Shown: positions 29,125-39,324, counted from the first letter of the whole stretch. The stretch: 63,926 nucleotides of DNA, filler included, from an uncultured Gemmatimonadota bacterium (GCA_964576115.1; 5 parts of 5 records of this genome joined end to end with filler, not necessarily neighbours in it); one strand, 5' to 3'. Notes: a model not told the origin generated them from the letters alone. A program made the numbers and translations.

Positions 29125-30324
29125 GTGGCTGAGTACAAGGGAACCATTGCGATTCTCACCGGGGGGGGCGACGTACCCGGCCTCAATCCCGCCATTCGCG
29201 CCGTCACGATCCGCGCTCTGCGCGAAGACTACCGCGTGCTCGGGATCAAGCGCGGCTGGGCGGGTCTGGTCGATCTGGTGCCCGAAAAGGGAGCCGACAA
29301 CAGTCGCTGCATCCAGGAGCTGAAATGGGACGTCGTCAACCGGGCCGGACGCACCGGCGGGACCTTCCTGCACACTTCCCGGACCCGGCCCTCTCATCTG
29401 CCCCGGGCCCTGATGCCACCGCACCTGCAGGACAGGTATACCGACGATGTCAACGATATCACCCCGACCGTACTCGAAAACCTCGAGTTTCTCGGAGTCG
29501 ATTACCTGATCCCGATCGGTGGCGATGACACCCTGAGTTACGGCCACCGCCTGCACAAAGAGGGTTTCAAGGTCGTCGCCATCCCCAAGACAATGGACAA
29601 CGATGTACCGGGTACCGATTACTGCATCGGTTTCTCGACCTGCATCACCCGGACCATCGAACTGACCCACAAGTTGCGGACCACCGCCGGAAGCCACGAG
29701 CGTCTGCTCGTGATCGAGGTCTTCGGCCGCTACGCCGGTTTCACCGCTCTGATGCCCACCATGGCCGCCGCCGCTGACCGCTGCGTGATCCCCGAACATC
29801 CCTTTGCGATCGAGAAGCTGGCCGAGCTCCTGATCGAAGATCGCAATCACCATCCCAGTCACTACGCCGTGGTTCTGGTCTCGGAGGGGGCGGTGATGAC
29901 TCACGATGAGGGGATGCACTTCAAGAGCAATGAGGTCGACCAGTACGGGCACAAGAAGCTGGGAGGCATAGGCGACAAGGTAGCCGAGGCCCTGAAGGAA
30001 ATCTCGCCGCAGTTCAACCAGGGGCGGCGTGTCAATGTCGTCAACCAGCGGCTGGGTTACCTGGTCCGCTGCGGCGATCCCGATGCCCTCGATTCGATCG
30101 TGCCGATGGCTTTCGGCAACCTCGCTCTCGATCTGGTCCTCGAAGGCACCAGCGGACGGCTCATCAGCATGCGCAACGGTATCTACGACAGCGTCCCGAT
30201 CGATCTCGTCGTGGGGCGCAAGAAGATCATCGATGTGGAGAAGTACTACAATACCGAGCGCCTGCGCCCCAAGTACGAGTCCTTCAACCGCCGGCCTCTC
30301 TTCATCATGACCGCCGACGAGTAA
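29125..30324 (+). CDS. pfkA: 6-phosphofructokinase, probably PPi-dependent
   Basis: TGGGDVPGLN, GGTFLHTSR, IGGDDT, PKTMDND, EVFGR, LGYLVR. Confidence 0.92.
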   Translation: MAEYKGTIAILTGGGDVPGLNPAIRAVTIRALREDYRVLGIKRGWAGLVDLVPEKGADNSRCIQELKWDVVNRAGRTGGTFLHTSRTRPSHLPRALMPPHLQDRYTDDVNDITPTVLENLEFLGVDYLIPIGGDDTLSYGHRLHKEGFKVVAIPKTMDNDVPGTDYCIGFSTCITRTIELTHKLRTTAGSHERLLVIEVFGRYAGFTALMPTMAAAADRCVIPEHPFAIEKLAELLIEDRNHHPSHYAVVLVSEGAVMTHDEGMHFKSNEVDQYGHKKLGGIGDKVAEALKEISPQFNQGRRVNVVNQRLGYLVRCGDPDALDSIVPMAFGNLALDLVLEGTSGRLISMRNGIYDSVPIDLVVGRKKIIDVEKYYNTERLRPKYESFNRRPLFIMTADE

Positions 30325-30330
30325 GCCGTC

Positions 30331-31326
30331 TCAAACCTGCAGCAGCCCCGGGCGCATGACTGTCAGCCGGGCTCCCCGGGTGATGCTGAGACGGTCTGAG
30401 GCGGTGTAATATTCCCCGTCGGCCATGTAAGCAACCGGTGAGCCGTCGGCGCTCTCGATCGTGAGTTCGCGCACCCCCTGCAGGCGGATCTCCTGTGGTA
30501 CCTCCTCTGTCTCGCCGCGCAGAACGGGGCGGATACCGCGCAGCAGCGTCAGGGCTCCCGCCGGCCGTATCCCCACCACCCGGAAGGCATCCTCGGGACA
30601 GTCGATGGCTTCGTAGGCCCGGAAGACTTTCAGGTGCGGTAGTCCGGCGGCGAAGAGCCCGGCAAAATGACCGGGTGGTATCGTCTCGCCGTCGATCCGG
30701 AGGCGGTGCGGGAAGGGCCGCATCATCCGACGGGCCAGCTTCCCCCTGACGACATGACTGACGGCAAAACGCAGCCCGAGCAGAGAATGGGACAGGGCCG
30801 CCAGTCCGCCCCAGGTGACGTACTCGAGGGAGAGTGCCCGGAAGACGCCGATTCCGAAACTCAGGGTGTGGCGCTCGCCCACTTGCAGGGTGTCCACGTA
30901 CTGGGCGGGCACGGACCGGTCCGCGGAGTGGGCCGAGAGCAGGCGGGCCGAGACCCGCCGGGCGGCGACGTTGCCGGTCTCCCGGGCTACGAAGCCGGTC
31001 GTGCCGCCGTGCAGAAAGAGAAAGCGGGGCAGGGGGTGAGAGCCCCAGAGGTCGAGGACCTCGTCGATGACGAGCTGGATGGTGCCGTCGCCCCCCGAAA
31101 TGGCCAGCAGGTCGATCCCGACATCCTTCCAGCGGCGCAGGGCGGCGGTGAGATTCTCGCTCCGGTCGACCTCGACGCTTTCGCCCATGCGGGAGAAGCG
31201 TTCGGTGAGCAGGCGCATCTGCTGGGGGCGCCTGGAATTCCGCAGAGCCTGTGGATTGAGAACCAGGCCGCACCGCCGGGGAGGAGGGGTTTCGAAGAGA
31301 TCGGGTAGAGTCGGGAAGGAGTCCAT
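30331..31326 (-). CDS. Diacylglycerol/sphingosine kinase family protein
   Basis: VLNPQA, SGGDGT, GGTT, ADGE motifs. Confidence 0.8.
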   Translation of the reverse strand: MDSFPTLPDLFETPPPRRCGLVLNPQALRNSRRPQQMRLLTERFSRMGESVEVDRSENLTAALRRWKDVGIDLLAISGGDGTIQLVIDEVLDLWGSHPLPRFLFLHGGTTGFVARETGNVAARRVSARLLSAHSADRSVPAQYVDTLQVGERHTLSFGIGVFRALSLEYVTWGGLAALSHSLLGLRFAVSHVVRGKLARRMMRPFPHRLRIDGETIPPGHFAGLFAAGLPHLKVFRAYEAIDCPEDAFRVVGIRPAGALTLLRGIRPVLRGETEEVPQEIRLQGVRELTIESADGSPVAYMADGEYYTASDRLSITRGARLTVMRPGLLQV

Positions 31327-31334
31327 ACAGGGCT

Positions 31335-32459
31335 TCAGAGAGCCTTCTGATAGATGCGGAAACGTTTGTAGATCTCTCCGTTGATCCGTTCCATTTCGGC
31401 CCGGACGGCGGTGTTGTATTCGAGTTCGTGATGGGTATCCATGAAGGTCAATCCCGCCTGCCGGGCGCTCTCGAACATGTCGACCGCTATCAGTACGTCG
31501 AGACCCTTGCCGCGGTGTTCCTCCTTGATGGCCCCGATCAGCAGGTCGAGCTGTTCGGTCCGCTTGCGGGCCCGCAGTATCTTGAACAAACCCAGAGGCA
31601 GCAGGCGGCCGCGGGCGGCACGGATTCCCTCCGTCAGGTCGGGCATGGCGACGACGAAAGCCACCGGTTCGTCCTCGCGGGTGACGACCTTCACAAACCG
31701 GGGATCGAGGATCGGCAGATATTTGCGGGCCAGTTCGTGCATCTCCTCTGAGTTGAGTGGGGCGTACCCGTATATGCCGCTGCCGGTATAGGCTTCGTTC
31801 ATCAACGAGAGGATCGGCTCGACCCAGGGACGCAGTTCCTTTTTCTTCGAAAAAGTCACCAGCTGGAACCCTCCCCGCTTCATGACCCGGTCATGGATCC
31901 GGCGGTAGAAGGCGGGTGTCTGATCGGTTACCGGAACCCGGTACACGAAGTAATCGACATCCTTGGTGTACCCGGCCGCTTCGATGAAGTCATTGGTCCA
32001 GGGAAAGTTGTAATAGGTGGCGATGGTGGCGTGGTGCTCGAAACCTTCTATGAGCCACCCCTCGGGATCCTGATCCGAAAAGCCGTACGGCCCCACGACC
32101 CGTTCCATGCCGCGGTCCCGGGCCCATTCCTCGACCCGCTCCAGCAGGGCGTGGAATACCTCTTGATCCTCCCAGGTTTCGAGGAATCCGAAGCGGGCGG
32201 TGCGTTCGTTGAAGTGTTCGTTGTAGCGGTGATGGATGATGCCCATGATGCGCCCGACCGCCTCTGAACCGCGCCAGGCCAGCAGACGCAGGGTGTCGCA
32301 GTGCTCAAAGGAGGAGTTCTTGCGGGGATCGAAGTACTGCCACTCGTCGATCCAGATCGGCGGGGTCCAGTTGGGCCGGCCGGCATGGATCTTCTCGGGC
32401 AGGAAGATGAAGGTCTTCAGCTCCCGGCGATCAGCTATCTCTCTGATCTCAACGGGCAT
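31335..32459 (-). CDS. GNAT N-acyltransferase, YghO / bacterial ceramide synthase-like
   Basis: Start MPVEIRE at 32459; FIFLPEKI..NWTPP, AVGRI, FGFLE, VGP, GWLIEGF, YYNFPW, HRGKGL, YKRFRIY. Confidence 0.75.
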   Translation of the reverse strand: MPVEIREIADRRELKTFIFLPEKIHAGRPNWTPPIWIDEWQYFDPRKNSSFEHCDTLRLLAWRGSEAVGRIMGIIHHRYNEHFNERTARFGFLETWEDQEVFHALLERVEEWARDRGMERVVGPYGFSDQDPEGWLIEGFEHHATIATYYNFPWTNDFIEAAGYTKDVDYFVYRVPVTDQTPAFYRRIHDRVMKRGGFQLVTFSKKKELRPWVEPILSLMNEAYTGSGIYGYAPLNSEEMHELARKYLPILDPRFVKVVTREDEPVAFVVAMPDLTEGIRAARGRLLPLGLFKILRARKRTEQLDLLIGAIKEEHRGKGLDVLIAVDMFESARQAGLTFMDTHHELEYNTAVRAEMERINGEIYKRFRIYQKAL

Positions 32460-32508
32460 CGCACTCTCCCGATCGCTTGGATGATTTGACCGGATTGTAC
32501 GCCGCCGG

Positions 32509-33882
32509 TCACGGGTGAGGCAAGACGGGCGATTCGGCCCTCTGCCCGGCCTCAAAGGCGCGTACTGCCGCCACTGCCGTGCCGGCCAGTCCCACCAGAC
32601 CGATGCAGTTGGTAAAGGCCATGCCGCCGTTGAAGATATCACCTATCCCCCAGGTCGTCTCCACACCGAGCACGGCTCCGAGGAAGATCATACCGCAGTA
32701 GATCCAGCGGAAGGGAGTGCGGATGCCCTCTCCCAGCAGGAAGCCGAAAGAAATCTCGCCGTAGTACGGATTGGCTATCAGGCTGGAGAATCCGAACAGG
32801 GCCGAGGCGGCGGCCACGATCAGCCCCCCCAGACCCGGCAGGGCGGCGTTGAAGGCATTGGCGGTCATCTCGGTGCTCGTACCCGAAGTCCAGACGCCGG
32901 TCACCAGGACCGCCAGGGCGGTGAGGGTGCAGATGATAATCGTGTCGACGAAGACATCGAGTGAAGCAACCAGACCCTGGCGCGCCGGAACGGGGGTACG
33001 GGCGGCGGCGTGAAAGACGGCCGCCGTGCCGGTGCCGGCCTCGTTCGAGTAGGCTCCCCGGGCCAGCCCGTAGCGAATCGCGCGGGCGACGGTGATCCCG
33101 GTGACTCCGCCCCCGACCGAGGCGGGATGGAAAGCCCCGGTGAAAATCAGGTCGAAGGCGTGGGGGATCTGTCCGGCGAAGGCCGCGATTGTGGCCAACG
33201 CGCCCACGATGTAAATGACGACCATGGCCGGGCTCAGCCAGACGGTGACCCGGGCGATCGAGCGTATCCCTCCGATGATGACCAGCCAGACCACTGCGGC
33301 CAACGCCAGGCCGGAGATCCAGAAATCCACACCGAGAGCGGTGTTGAGAGCCAGAGCGATCGAATTGGACTGAATCAGGGTGGTGGCGAAGAGCGCCTTC
33401 GAACCCATGAAGAAAGCGAAGATACCGGCCAGCCAGGGCAGCTTGAGACCGTGGCTGATGTAGAACATCGGCCCGCCTCTGACGGTACCGTCCGGCACCG
33501 TCCGGCGGTAGATCTGTCCCAGCACCGCCTCGACGATCTTGGTGGCCATACCGAGCAGGGCCAGGACCCACATCCAGAAGACCGCCCCCGGCCCCCCCAT
33601 GGCGATGGCGGTGCAGACCCCGGCAATGTTGCCGTTGCCGATCACCGCGGCCAGCGAAGTGGCCAGGGCCTGGAAGGGGGAGATATCGCCGATCTCCTCC
33701 CGGTCGGCCTCGTCCCGGCGGCGGATCCCGGTCAGCAGACGGAAGCTGAGCCCGAACCGGCGCAGCTGTACGAAGCGGAGGCGGAGCGAGAGATAGAGCC
33801 CCGTACCCAGCAGAAGCAGGGTTGTGTGGGGACCCCAGATGAGTCCGGCCACAAACCCGATGATCTTTTCCAGCCCCGTCAT
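32509..33882 (-). CDS. Sodium:alanine/glycine symporter (AGCS family)
   Basis: ISPFQAL, GNGNIAGV, GGPGAVFWMW, GGPMFY, SNEAGTG, VFVDTIIICT. Confidence 0.93.
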   Translation of the reverse strand: MTGLEKIIGFVAGLIWGPHTTLLLLGTGLYLSLRLRFVQLRRFGLSFRLLTGIRRRDEADREEIGDISPFQALATSLAAVIGNGNIAGVCTAIAMGGPGAVFWMWVLALLGMATKIVEAVLGQIYRRTVPDGTVRGGPMFYISHGLKLPWLAGIFAFFMGSKALFATTLIQSNSIALALNTALGVDFWISGLALAAVVWLVIIGGIRSIARVTVWLSPAMVVIYIVGALATIAAFAGQIPHAFDLIFTGAFHPASVGGGVTGITVARAIRYGLARGAYSNEAGTGTAAVFHAAARTPVPARQGLVASLDVFVDTIIICTLTALAVLVTGVWTSGTSTEMTANAFNAALPGLGGLIVAAASALFGFSSLIANPYYGEISFGFLLGEGIRTPFRWIYCGMIFLGAVLGVETTWGIGDIFNGGMAFTNCIGLVGLAGTAVAAVRAFEAGQRAESPVLPHP

Positions 33883-33942
33883 GGTGCGCCCATTCTATCG
33901 ACCGGAGCGGACTCTCTCAATGCGCACCGGGCGGACGGGGTA

Positions 33943-34135
33943 TAGAGTAGTGCCCATCCGGAAACTCCGGATGGGCACGAACGTGGTTCCCGAGGCGGAA
34001 ACGAGGGATTTTCCGCGAGGTCAAGGAAGTCAACGGGTTGCGCGGAGGCGTACTGACTGTACGCCGCACAAGAAACCCGGCCGACTGACGCCGAGATCGC
34101 GGAAAAGAGCCGTTTCCGGACGGGAACTAGAGTAG
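33943..34135. mobile_element. MITE-like palindromic non-autonomous element
   Basis: 18-bp terminal inverted repeats with 2 mismatches (33948-33965 / 34112-34129), TAGAGTAG at both ends, nested internal stems. Confidence 0.65.
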
Positions 34136-34205
34136 AACCGGTCGTGGTCGGAGAACGGCCGCATCCCGGAGAATGAATGTGGACCCGCAGCGTGTGAGGT
34201 GAACG

Positions 34206-35837
34206 ATGACGAGGCACGTACAGCGATATGCTACCCTGACCCTGACCGCAGCCCTGCTGCTGGTTGCGATCCCCGCCCGTTGGGCTCGAGCCCAGCAGCT
34301 CCTGACTCCCTGCGAGAAGTCGGGTTTCACCGAATACACGACCCACCTCGAGATGATGGACTACCTGCGGGAGGTCCAGGCTCAGAGTACCGGGATGCGC
34401 CTGGCGGTCTACGGCGAGAGCTGGCAGGGGCGGGAGCTGCCGGTGGTCATCTTCAGCCGGCCGGCGGTGCGCCGGCCGTGGGAGGCGCTGGTGGCCGGCC
34501 GGCCGATCGTGGTTCTGGCCGCCAACGTGCACGGCGGCGAGCGTACCCTGCGTGAATCGCTGCTCATCACGATCCGTGAATTCGCTACTCCCGGTACACA
34601 GGCCAACGGCTGGCTCGACGAGGTGATCGTGCTCATCGTGCCCTCGATCAACCCCGACGGGCTCATGGCCGAGCCGCGCTCCACTCGCGGCAACGCCTGG
34701 GGGATCGACATGAATCGTGACTACATGAAGCTCGAACAGCCCGCCCTGGCTGCCTATGTCGAGCAGATCGTCAACACCTGGCATCCGCACATGCTCGTCG
34801 ACGGCCATAACGGCGGCTCGTATCCCTATCACATCTGCTACGCTCCCCCCAGCCATGCTTCGGCCGACCGGAACATCGTGAACCTCCTCAACCACGAGGT
34901 CTTCCCCCTCATCAACAGCCGCATGGAAGAGAACGGCTACCGCTCCTTCTACTATAGCGGTGGGAACCTGACCCGGTGGGACACCGGCGGTTACGACCCC
35001 CGGATCGCCCGCAACTACCTGGGTTTTGTAAACGCCTTCGGCATCCTCTTCGAATCCCCGGGCGGACACGAGATGGAGGAGGGCATCCGGAGCGGGATGG
35101 TGGCGTACAAGGCGGTCGTGGAATACGCGGTACGCAACAGCGAGCGGGTGCTCGGAGCCGTGGCCGAAGCCCGGACCGAAACGGTGGCTATGGGGGAGCG
35201 GCCCGAGGGACAGATCACGGTCGAGCAGACCTACGGGCCCGAGGATTTCAGTGTCACTTACCAGGTGCGCGAACGCCGACCCAGTCGCGAGAATCCCCGG
35301 GAGGAGATCCCGTATGCCACGGTCACCAGCGACAGCCTGATGCAGAAACCGGTTCCGACCCTGCAGCGCGACCGGGCGTATGCCTACCTGCTGCCGCGCG
35401 ACGCCCTCGAGGCAGTGGCTCTGCTGCGTCAGCACAATATCGCCGTCGAGGTGCTGCAGGATACCTGCTCGATCGAGGTCCAGGCCTACGTGCCGGCCGA
35501 GATCACGTGGCAGCGCGAGTACAACCACAACGCGGCGGTGGTGGTCGAGGTGGCCGAGGTCGTCACCTTCGTTCAGCGCTTTCCGGCCGGCACCTTCGTG
35601 ATCCCGACCGCCCAGCTGCAGGGGCGGGTGGCGGCTCACCTGCTCGAACCCGAGACCAACGACAACGTGGTACGCTGGAACCGGATGGACGCCTGGCTGC
35701 CGCTCTATCCGGAACGGACGGTACCGGCCCGCTACCAGCGTGCTCGCCGTACGACACCCCGGGTCATTCCGATCTACAAGGTCCTGATGCCGCGGCCGCT
35801 GCCGACCCGGCTGCTGTTCGACGAACCCGGTTCGTAA
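34206..35837 (+). CDS. M14 zinc carboxypeptidase family protein, secreted
   Basis: Signal peptide; ANVHGGE (HxxE), NPDG, RGNAWGIDMNRD, DGH. Confidence 0.88.
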   Translation: MTRHVQRYATLTLTAALLLVAIPARWARAQQLLTPCEKSGFTEYTTHLEMMDYLREVQAQSTGMRLAVYGESWQGRELPVVIFSRPAVRRPWEALVAGRPIVVLAANVHGGERTLRESLLITIREFATPGTQANGWLDEVIVLIVPSINPDGLMAEPRSTRGNAWGIDMNRDYMKLEQPALAAYVEQIVNTWHPHMLVDGHNGGSYPYHICYAPPSHASADRNIVNLLNHEVFPLINSRMEENGYRSFYYSGGNLTRWDTGGYDPRIARNYLGFVNAFGILFESPGGHEMEEGIRSGMVAYKAVVEYAVRNSERVLGAVAEARTETVAMGERPEGQITVEQTYGPEDFSVTYQVRERRPSRENPREEIPYATVTSDSLMQKPVPTLQRDRAYAYLLPRDALEAVALLRQHNIAVEVLQDTCSIEVQAYVPAEITWQREYNHNAAVVVEVAEVVTFVQRFPAGTFVIPTAQLQGRVAAHLLEPETNDNVVRWNRMDAWLPLYPERTVPARYQRARRTTPRVIPIYKVLMPRPLPTRLLFDEPGS

Positions 35838-35915
35838 GCGTTCCTGAATGGTTGGCAAGAGCGTTCCGGCGCATTACCTTCGGGGCGAAGTGCCCACATC
35901 GAGAGGAGGATGGCA

Positions 35916-36074
35916 ATGCAGCGGTATGTCTGTCTGGCCTGTGATTACGTCTACGATCCCAACGAGGGCGATCCCGACAGCGGGATCGAGCCGGGAACCC
36001 CCTTCGAGGACATTCCCGACGACTGGGTCTGCCCGGTCTGCGGTGTCAGCAAGGATATGTTCGAGCCCGAGTAA
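35916..36074 (+). CDS. Rubredoxin (52 aa, missed by ORF track)
   Basis: [62 protein letters not shown]. Confidence 0.96.
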   Translation: MQRYVCLACDYVYDPNEGDPDSGIEPGTPFEDIPDDWVCPVCGVSKDMFEPE

Positions 36075-36113
36075 CGGAACGCCTCCGCGCCCACCCATCG
36101 CACCGGAGCTGCC

Positions 36114-37003
36114 ATGAATCCCCGCAAGATCCGCGACAATATCTGGGCGGTCGGCACCATCGACTGGGACCGGCGCCTTTTCGACGAACTGATTCCCCTG
36201 CCCGAGGGCACCAGCTATAACGCCTACCTGCTCAAGACGGCCGAGAAGACCGTCCTGATCGACACCGTCGATCCGCCGGTGCAGGACCAGCTGCTGCACA
36301 ACCTGGAGCTCCTCGAGGTCGAGCAGCTCGACTACCTGGTTTCCAACCACGCCGAGCAGGACCATTCGGGGGGTATACCCGCCGTGCTCGAGCGCTACCC
36401 CGAAGCCCGGGTGGTGACCAACCCGAAGTGCCGGGAGATGCTGATCGACCACCTGCACATCGCCGAAGATCGGTTCGAGGTTCGGGACAACGGTGAGAGT
36501 CTCGATATCGGAGGCTGGACCCTGCAGTTTCACACCGCCCCCTTCGTGCACTGGCCCGAGACCCAGTTCACCTGGCTGGTGGAGGAGAAAATCCTCTTCA
36601 CCGGGGATTTCCTCGGTTCGCATCTGGCCACCAGCGATCTTTATATCGAGAACGAAGCCGAGGTCTACGTCGGTGCCAAACGGTACTACGCCGAGATCAT
36701 GATGCCCTTCCGGAAGATGTTCGGCAAATATCTCGACCTGATCGACGACCTGGGACCCGAGCTGATCGCTTCGACTCACGGTCCTCTCTATCGGCACCCC
36801 GCTTTCATCCTCGATGCTTACCGTGACTGGATTTCGGACGAGGTGAAGAACGAGGCGGTCATAGCCTATCTCTCGATGCACGACTCGACCGCCGAGATGG
36901 TTCACCATCTCATCAACGCCCTGATCGATCGCGACATCAGGGTCAAGGTCCACAACCTGACCGATGTGGACGTGGGGGAACTGGCGATCGACCTGGTCGA
37001 CGC
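36114..37003 (+). CDS. fprA: Flavodiiron protein (A-type flavoprotein), truncated by gap
   Basis: GTSYNAYL, NHAEQDHSG, HWPET, FTGD, THG, start of flavodoxin domain YLSMHDST. Confidence 0.93.
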
Positions 37004-37103
37004 NNNNNNNNNNNNNNNNNNNNNNNNNNNNNNNNNNNNNNNNNNNNTTAATTAATTAANNNNNNNNNNNNNNNNNNNNNNNNNNNNNNNNNNNNNNNNN
37101 NNN
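37004..37103. other. Artificial contig-joining spacer
   Basis: N-run with TTAATTAATTAA. Confidence 0.97.
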
Positions 37104-37104
37104 C

Positions 37105-38238
37105 GATTCCCTGCGCGAAGGAGCGGTCGAGTATCTGGTCAAACCGGTCACCGCCCGCGAGATCGTGGCGGCCCTGGAGCGATCGCTGCGCCGGCGCCGG
37201 CCCTCGGACCGGATCTCGGAGGAGCCGGCTCAGACGTTCCTGACCGCCGACGAGACTCCGGTCGACGATCTGGGCGAGATCATGGGAGCCAGCGCCCTGG
37301 TGGTCGAGATCGGCGCTTTCGTGCGCAAGGCGGCTGCGGTCGAGGTGCCCATCCTGCTGACCGGCGAGACCGGTACGGGTAAAGAGGTCGTTGCCCGTGC
37401 GATCCACGCGTCGAGCGGGCGCTGCGGGCGCGAAATGGTGAGCGTGAACTGTGGTGCCATTCCCGAAGCGCTCTTCGAGTCCGAACTCTTCGGCCATGTG
37501 CGCGGGGCTTTCACCGGCGCCGAGCGCGATCGGACCGGACTCATCGAGGCGGCCGACGGCTCGACGCTGTTTCTCGACGAGGTGGCCGAGATTCCCCTGA
37601 GCAGTCAGGTCAAACTCCTGCGCACCCTTCAGGAGGGGGCTCTGCGCCCGGTGGGAGCCTCGACCGACCGCCAGGTCGATGTCCGGATCGTGGCCGCCAC
37701 CAACACGGTCCTCGAGGACGCCGTACGGCGCGGCGCCTTCCGGCAGGATCTCTTCTACCGCCTGAGCGTCCTGCGCTACCGCCTGCCGCCGCTGCGCGAG
37801 CGCAGCGAGGACATCCCCCACCTGATCGATCGTTTCCTGTCCCTCTATGCCCGGTCGGGGCAAAGCGGATCGCCCCGTTTTTCGCGGCGGGCTCTGAAGG
37901 CGATGTGCCGCTACCCCTGGCCGGGGAACGTGCGCGAACTCGAGAACGAAGTGGCCCGCGTCACGACCCTGGCCGAAGAGGACCGGATCGAACTGGACGA
38001 TCTGTCCGAAGAGATCCGGGCCGCGCAGCAGGTCAGGGGCGCCGGCAGCCTGAGAGCCGCTCTCGATTTCAAGGAACGGCAGATGATCATCTCCTGCCTG
38101 GAACAGACCGGCTGGAACAAGACCGAGACGGCGCGTCTGCTGGGCATGTCGCGGCAGAACCTCTACGGCCGGCTCGAGTATCACGGTATTCCCCTGACGC
38201 CGGCCGACGCTGGCTCCGAAGGTGTCAAGATGCCTTGA
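37105..38238 (+). CDS. NtrC-type sigma-54 response regulator, 5' truncated by gap
   Basis: Frame open from the gap: receiver end [45 protein letters not shown], Fis HTH. Confidence 0.92.
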   Translation, partial: DSLREGAVEYLVKPVTAREIVAALERSLRRRRPSDRISEEPAQTFLTADETPVDDLGEIMGASALVVEIGAFVRKAAAVEVPILLTGETGTGKEVVARAIHASSGRCGREMVSVNCGAIPEALFESELFGHVRGAFTGAERDRTGLIEAADGSTLFLDEVAEIPLSSQVKLLRTLQEGALRPVGASTDRQVDVRIVAATNTVLEDAVRRGAFRQDLFYRLSVLRYRLPPLRERSEDIPHLIDRFLSLYARSGQSGSPRFSRRALKAMCRYPWPGNVRELENEVARVTTLAEEDRIELDDLSEEIRAAQQVRGAGSLRAALDFKERQMIISCLEQTGWNKTETARLLGMSRQNLYGRLEYHGIPLTPADAGSEGVKMP

Positions 38239-38417
38239 CGCTTCGGATCGGCCGCAGGACCTGCCTGTAAAGCCGGTCGGGCTCCGGCCTGTCAAGCTGC
38301 GTTCACACACCGCACCATCCGCCGGCTCTGCCCGGCGGGCCTGTCTCCTGCCTCTGGTTCCGATTCGACCCTTCTTTTCTGCCATGTGAGGGTCGAAGAG
38401 CGGCTGCCGCTCAGAAC

Positions 38418-38433
38418 TGGCACGCTCTTTGAT
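38418..38433 (+). promoter_or_regulatory. Candidate sigma-54 (-24/-12) promoter upstream of ssb
   Basis: TGGCACG-CTCT-TTGAT versus consensus TGGCACG-N4-TTGC(A/T); exact spacing, one mismatch at -12. Confidence 0.6.
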
Positions 38434-38497
38434 ACTCTGTCCGGTCATCACCGACACCACCCGTGACGTCCCGTCGGGGACTCGAGGAGGGAAGGGA

Positions 38498-38899
38498 ATG
38501 AACGGATTGAAGATGCCCCGTCTCAACCAGGTCGTGATCAGCGGTCGGCTGACCCGCGATCCCGAAATGCGCTACACCGGCAGCGGAGTGCCGGTTCTGC
38601 ACGGACGGCTGGCCAGTAACTTTTTCTATCGTGCCGCCGACGGGGAGTGGAACCAGGAGACCACGTATGCCGGTTTCGTGGCCTGGCAGGGATTGGCGGA
38701 ACGTTGCTACGAGAACCTCTCCAAGGGAAGCGCGGTGCTGATAACCGGTCGACTGACCTCGAGCGAGTGGGAAACCGACAAGGGCGAGAAGCGCTCGCAG
38801 ATCGAGATCAGGGCCGACCGGGTGCAGTTCCTCGACCGTACCGGCGAGGCGGACGGAACCACGGATGAAGAAGCGGTCGCCGAGACCGAGAGTGCCTGA
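38498..38899 (+). CDS. ssb: Single-stranded DNA-binding protein lacking the C-terminal DDxPF tip
   Basis: LNQVVISGRLTRDPEMRYT, VAW, LSKGSAVLITGRL, IRADRVQFLD. Confidence 0.92.
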   Translation: MNGLKMPRLNQVVISGRLTRDPEMRYTGSGVPVLHGRLASNFFYRAADGEWNQETTYAGFVAWQGLAERCYENLSKGSAVLITGRLTSSEWETDKGEKRSQIEIRADRVQFLDRTGEADGTTDEEAVAETESA

Positions 38900-39249
38900 T
38901 GACCGCCCCGGCCCGCGAGAACGGATCACAGGCGAGGATCCTGGCCAACCTGCTGAGCGACAGCCGGGTGCATGACTGTCTCTGGGTGGGGCTGATGGAA
39001 TGGGACCTGCGGATCGAGAAAGTCGCACTCCGGCCCCGGTTCCCGGCAGAGGGGGGGGCCCGGCCGGATGGCTGGGTACTGTGTGTGGGTCTGGGGCCTG
39101 GAGTGCGGCTGGAAGCGACCGCCGGGCAGAAGGGCAGTCCGGTGGACGAGGTGCGCCTGGTCGTGGCCCGCGAGGCCGCCTCGGGAATGCTGCGACGCAG
39201 CTGGGGGCGCCGACACGGACGGCCGGTGGTCAAAGCGGTAGGCGCCTGA
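38899..39249 (+). CDS. Hypothetical protein translationally coupled to ssb
   Basis: TGATG stop/start overlap with ssb; followed by a terminator. Confidence 0.55.
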   Translation: MTAPARENGSQARILANLLSDSRVHDCLWVGLMEWDLRIEKVALRPRFPAEGGARPDGWVLCVGLGPGVRLEATAGQKGSPVDEVRLVVAREAASGMLRRSWGRRHGRPVVKAVGA

Positions 39250-39324
39250 AGAGCTGACAGACGAGCCGTACGGCTTCGGTCGACGCCCGTACAAAGGGGG
39301 GCTACGGGCGCCCCCGGAGCCGGT

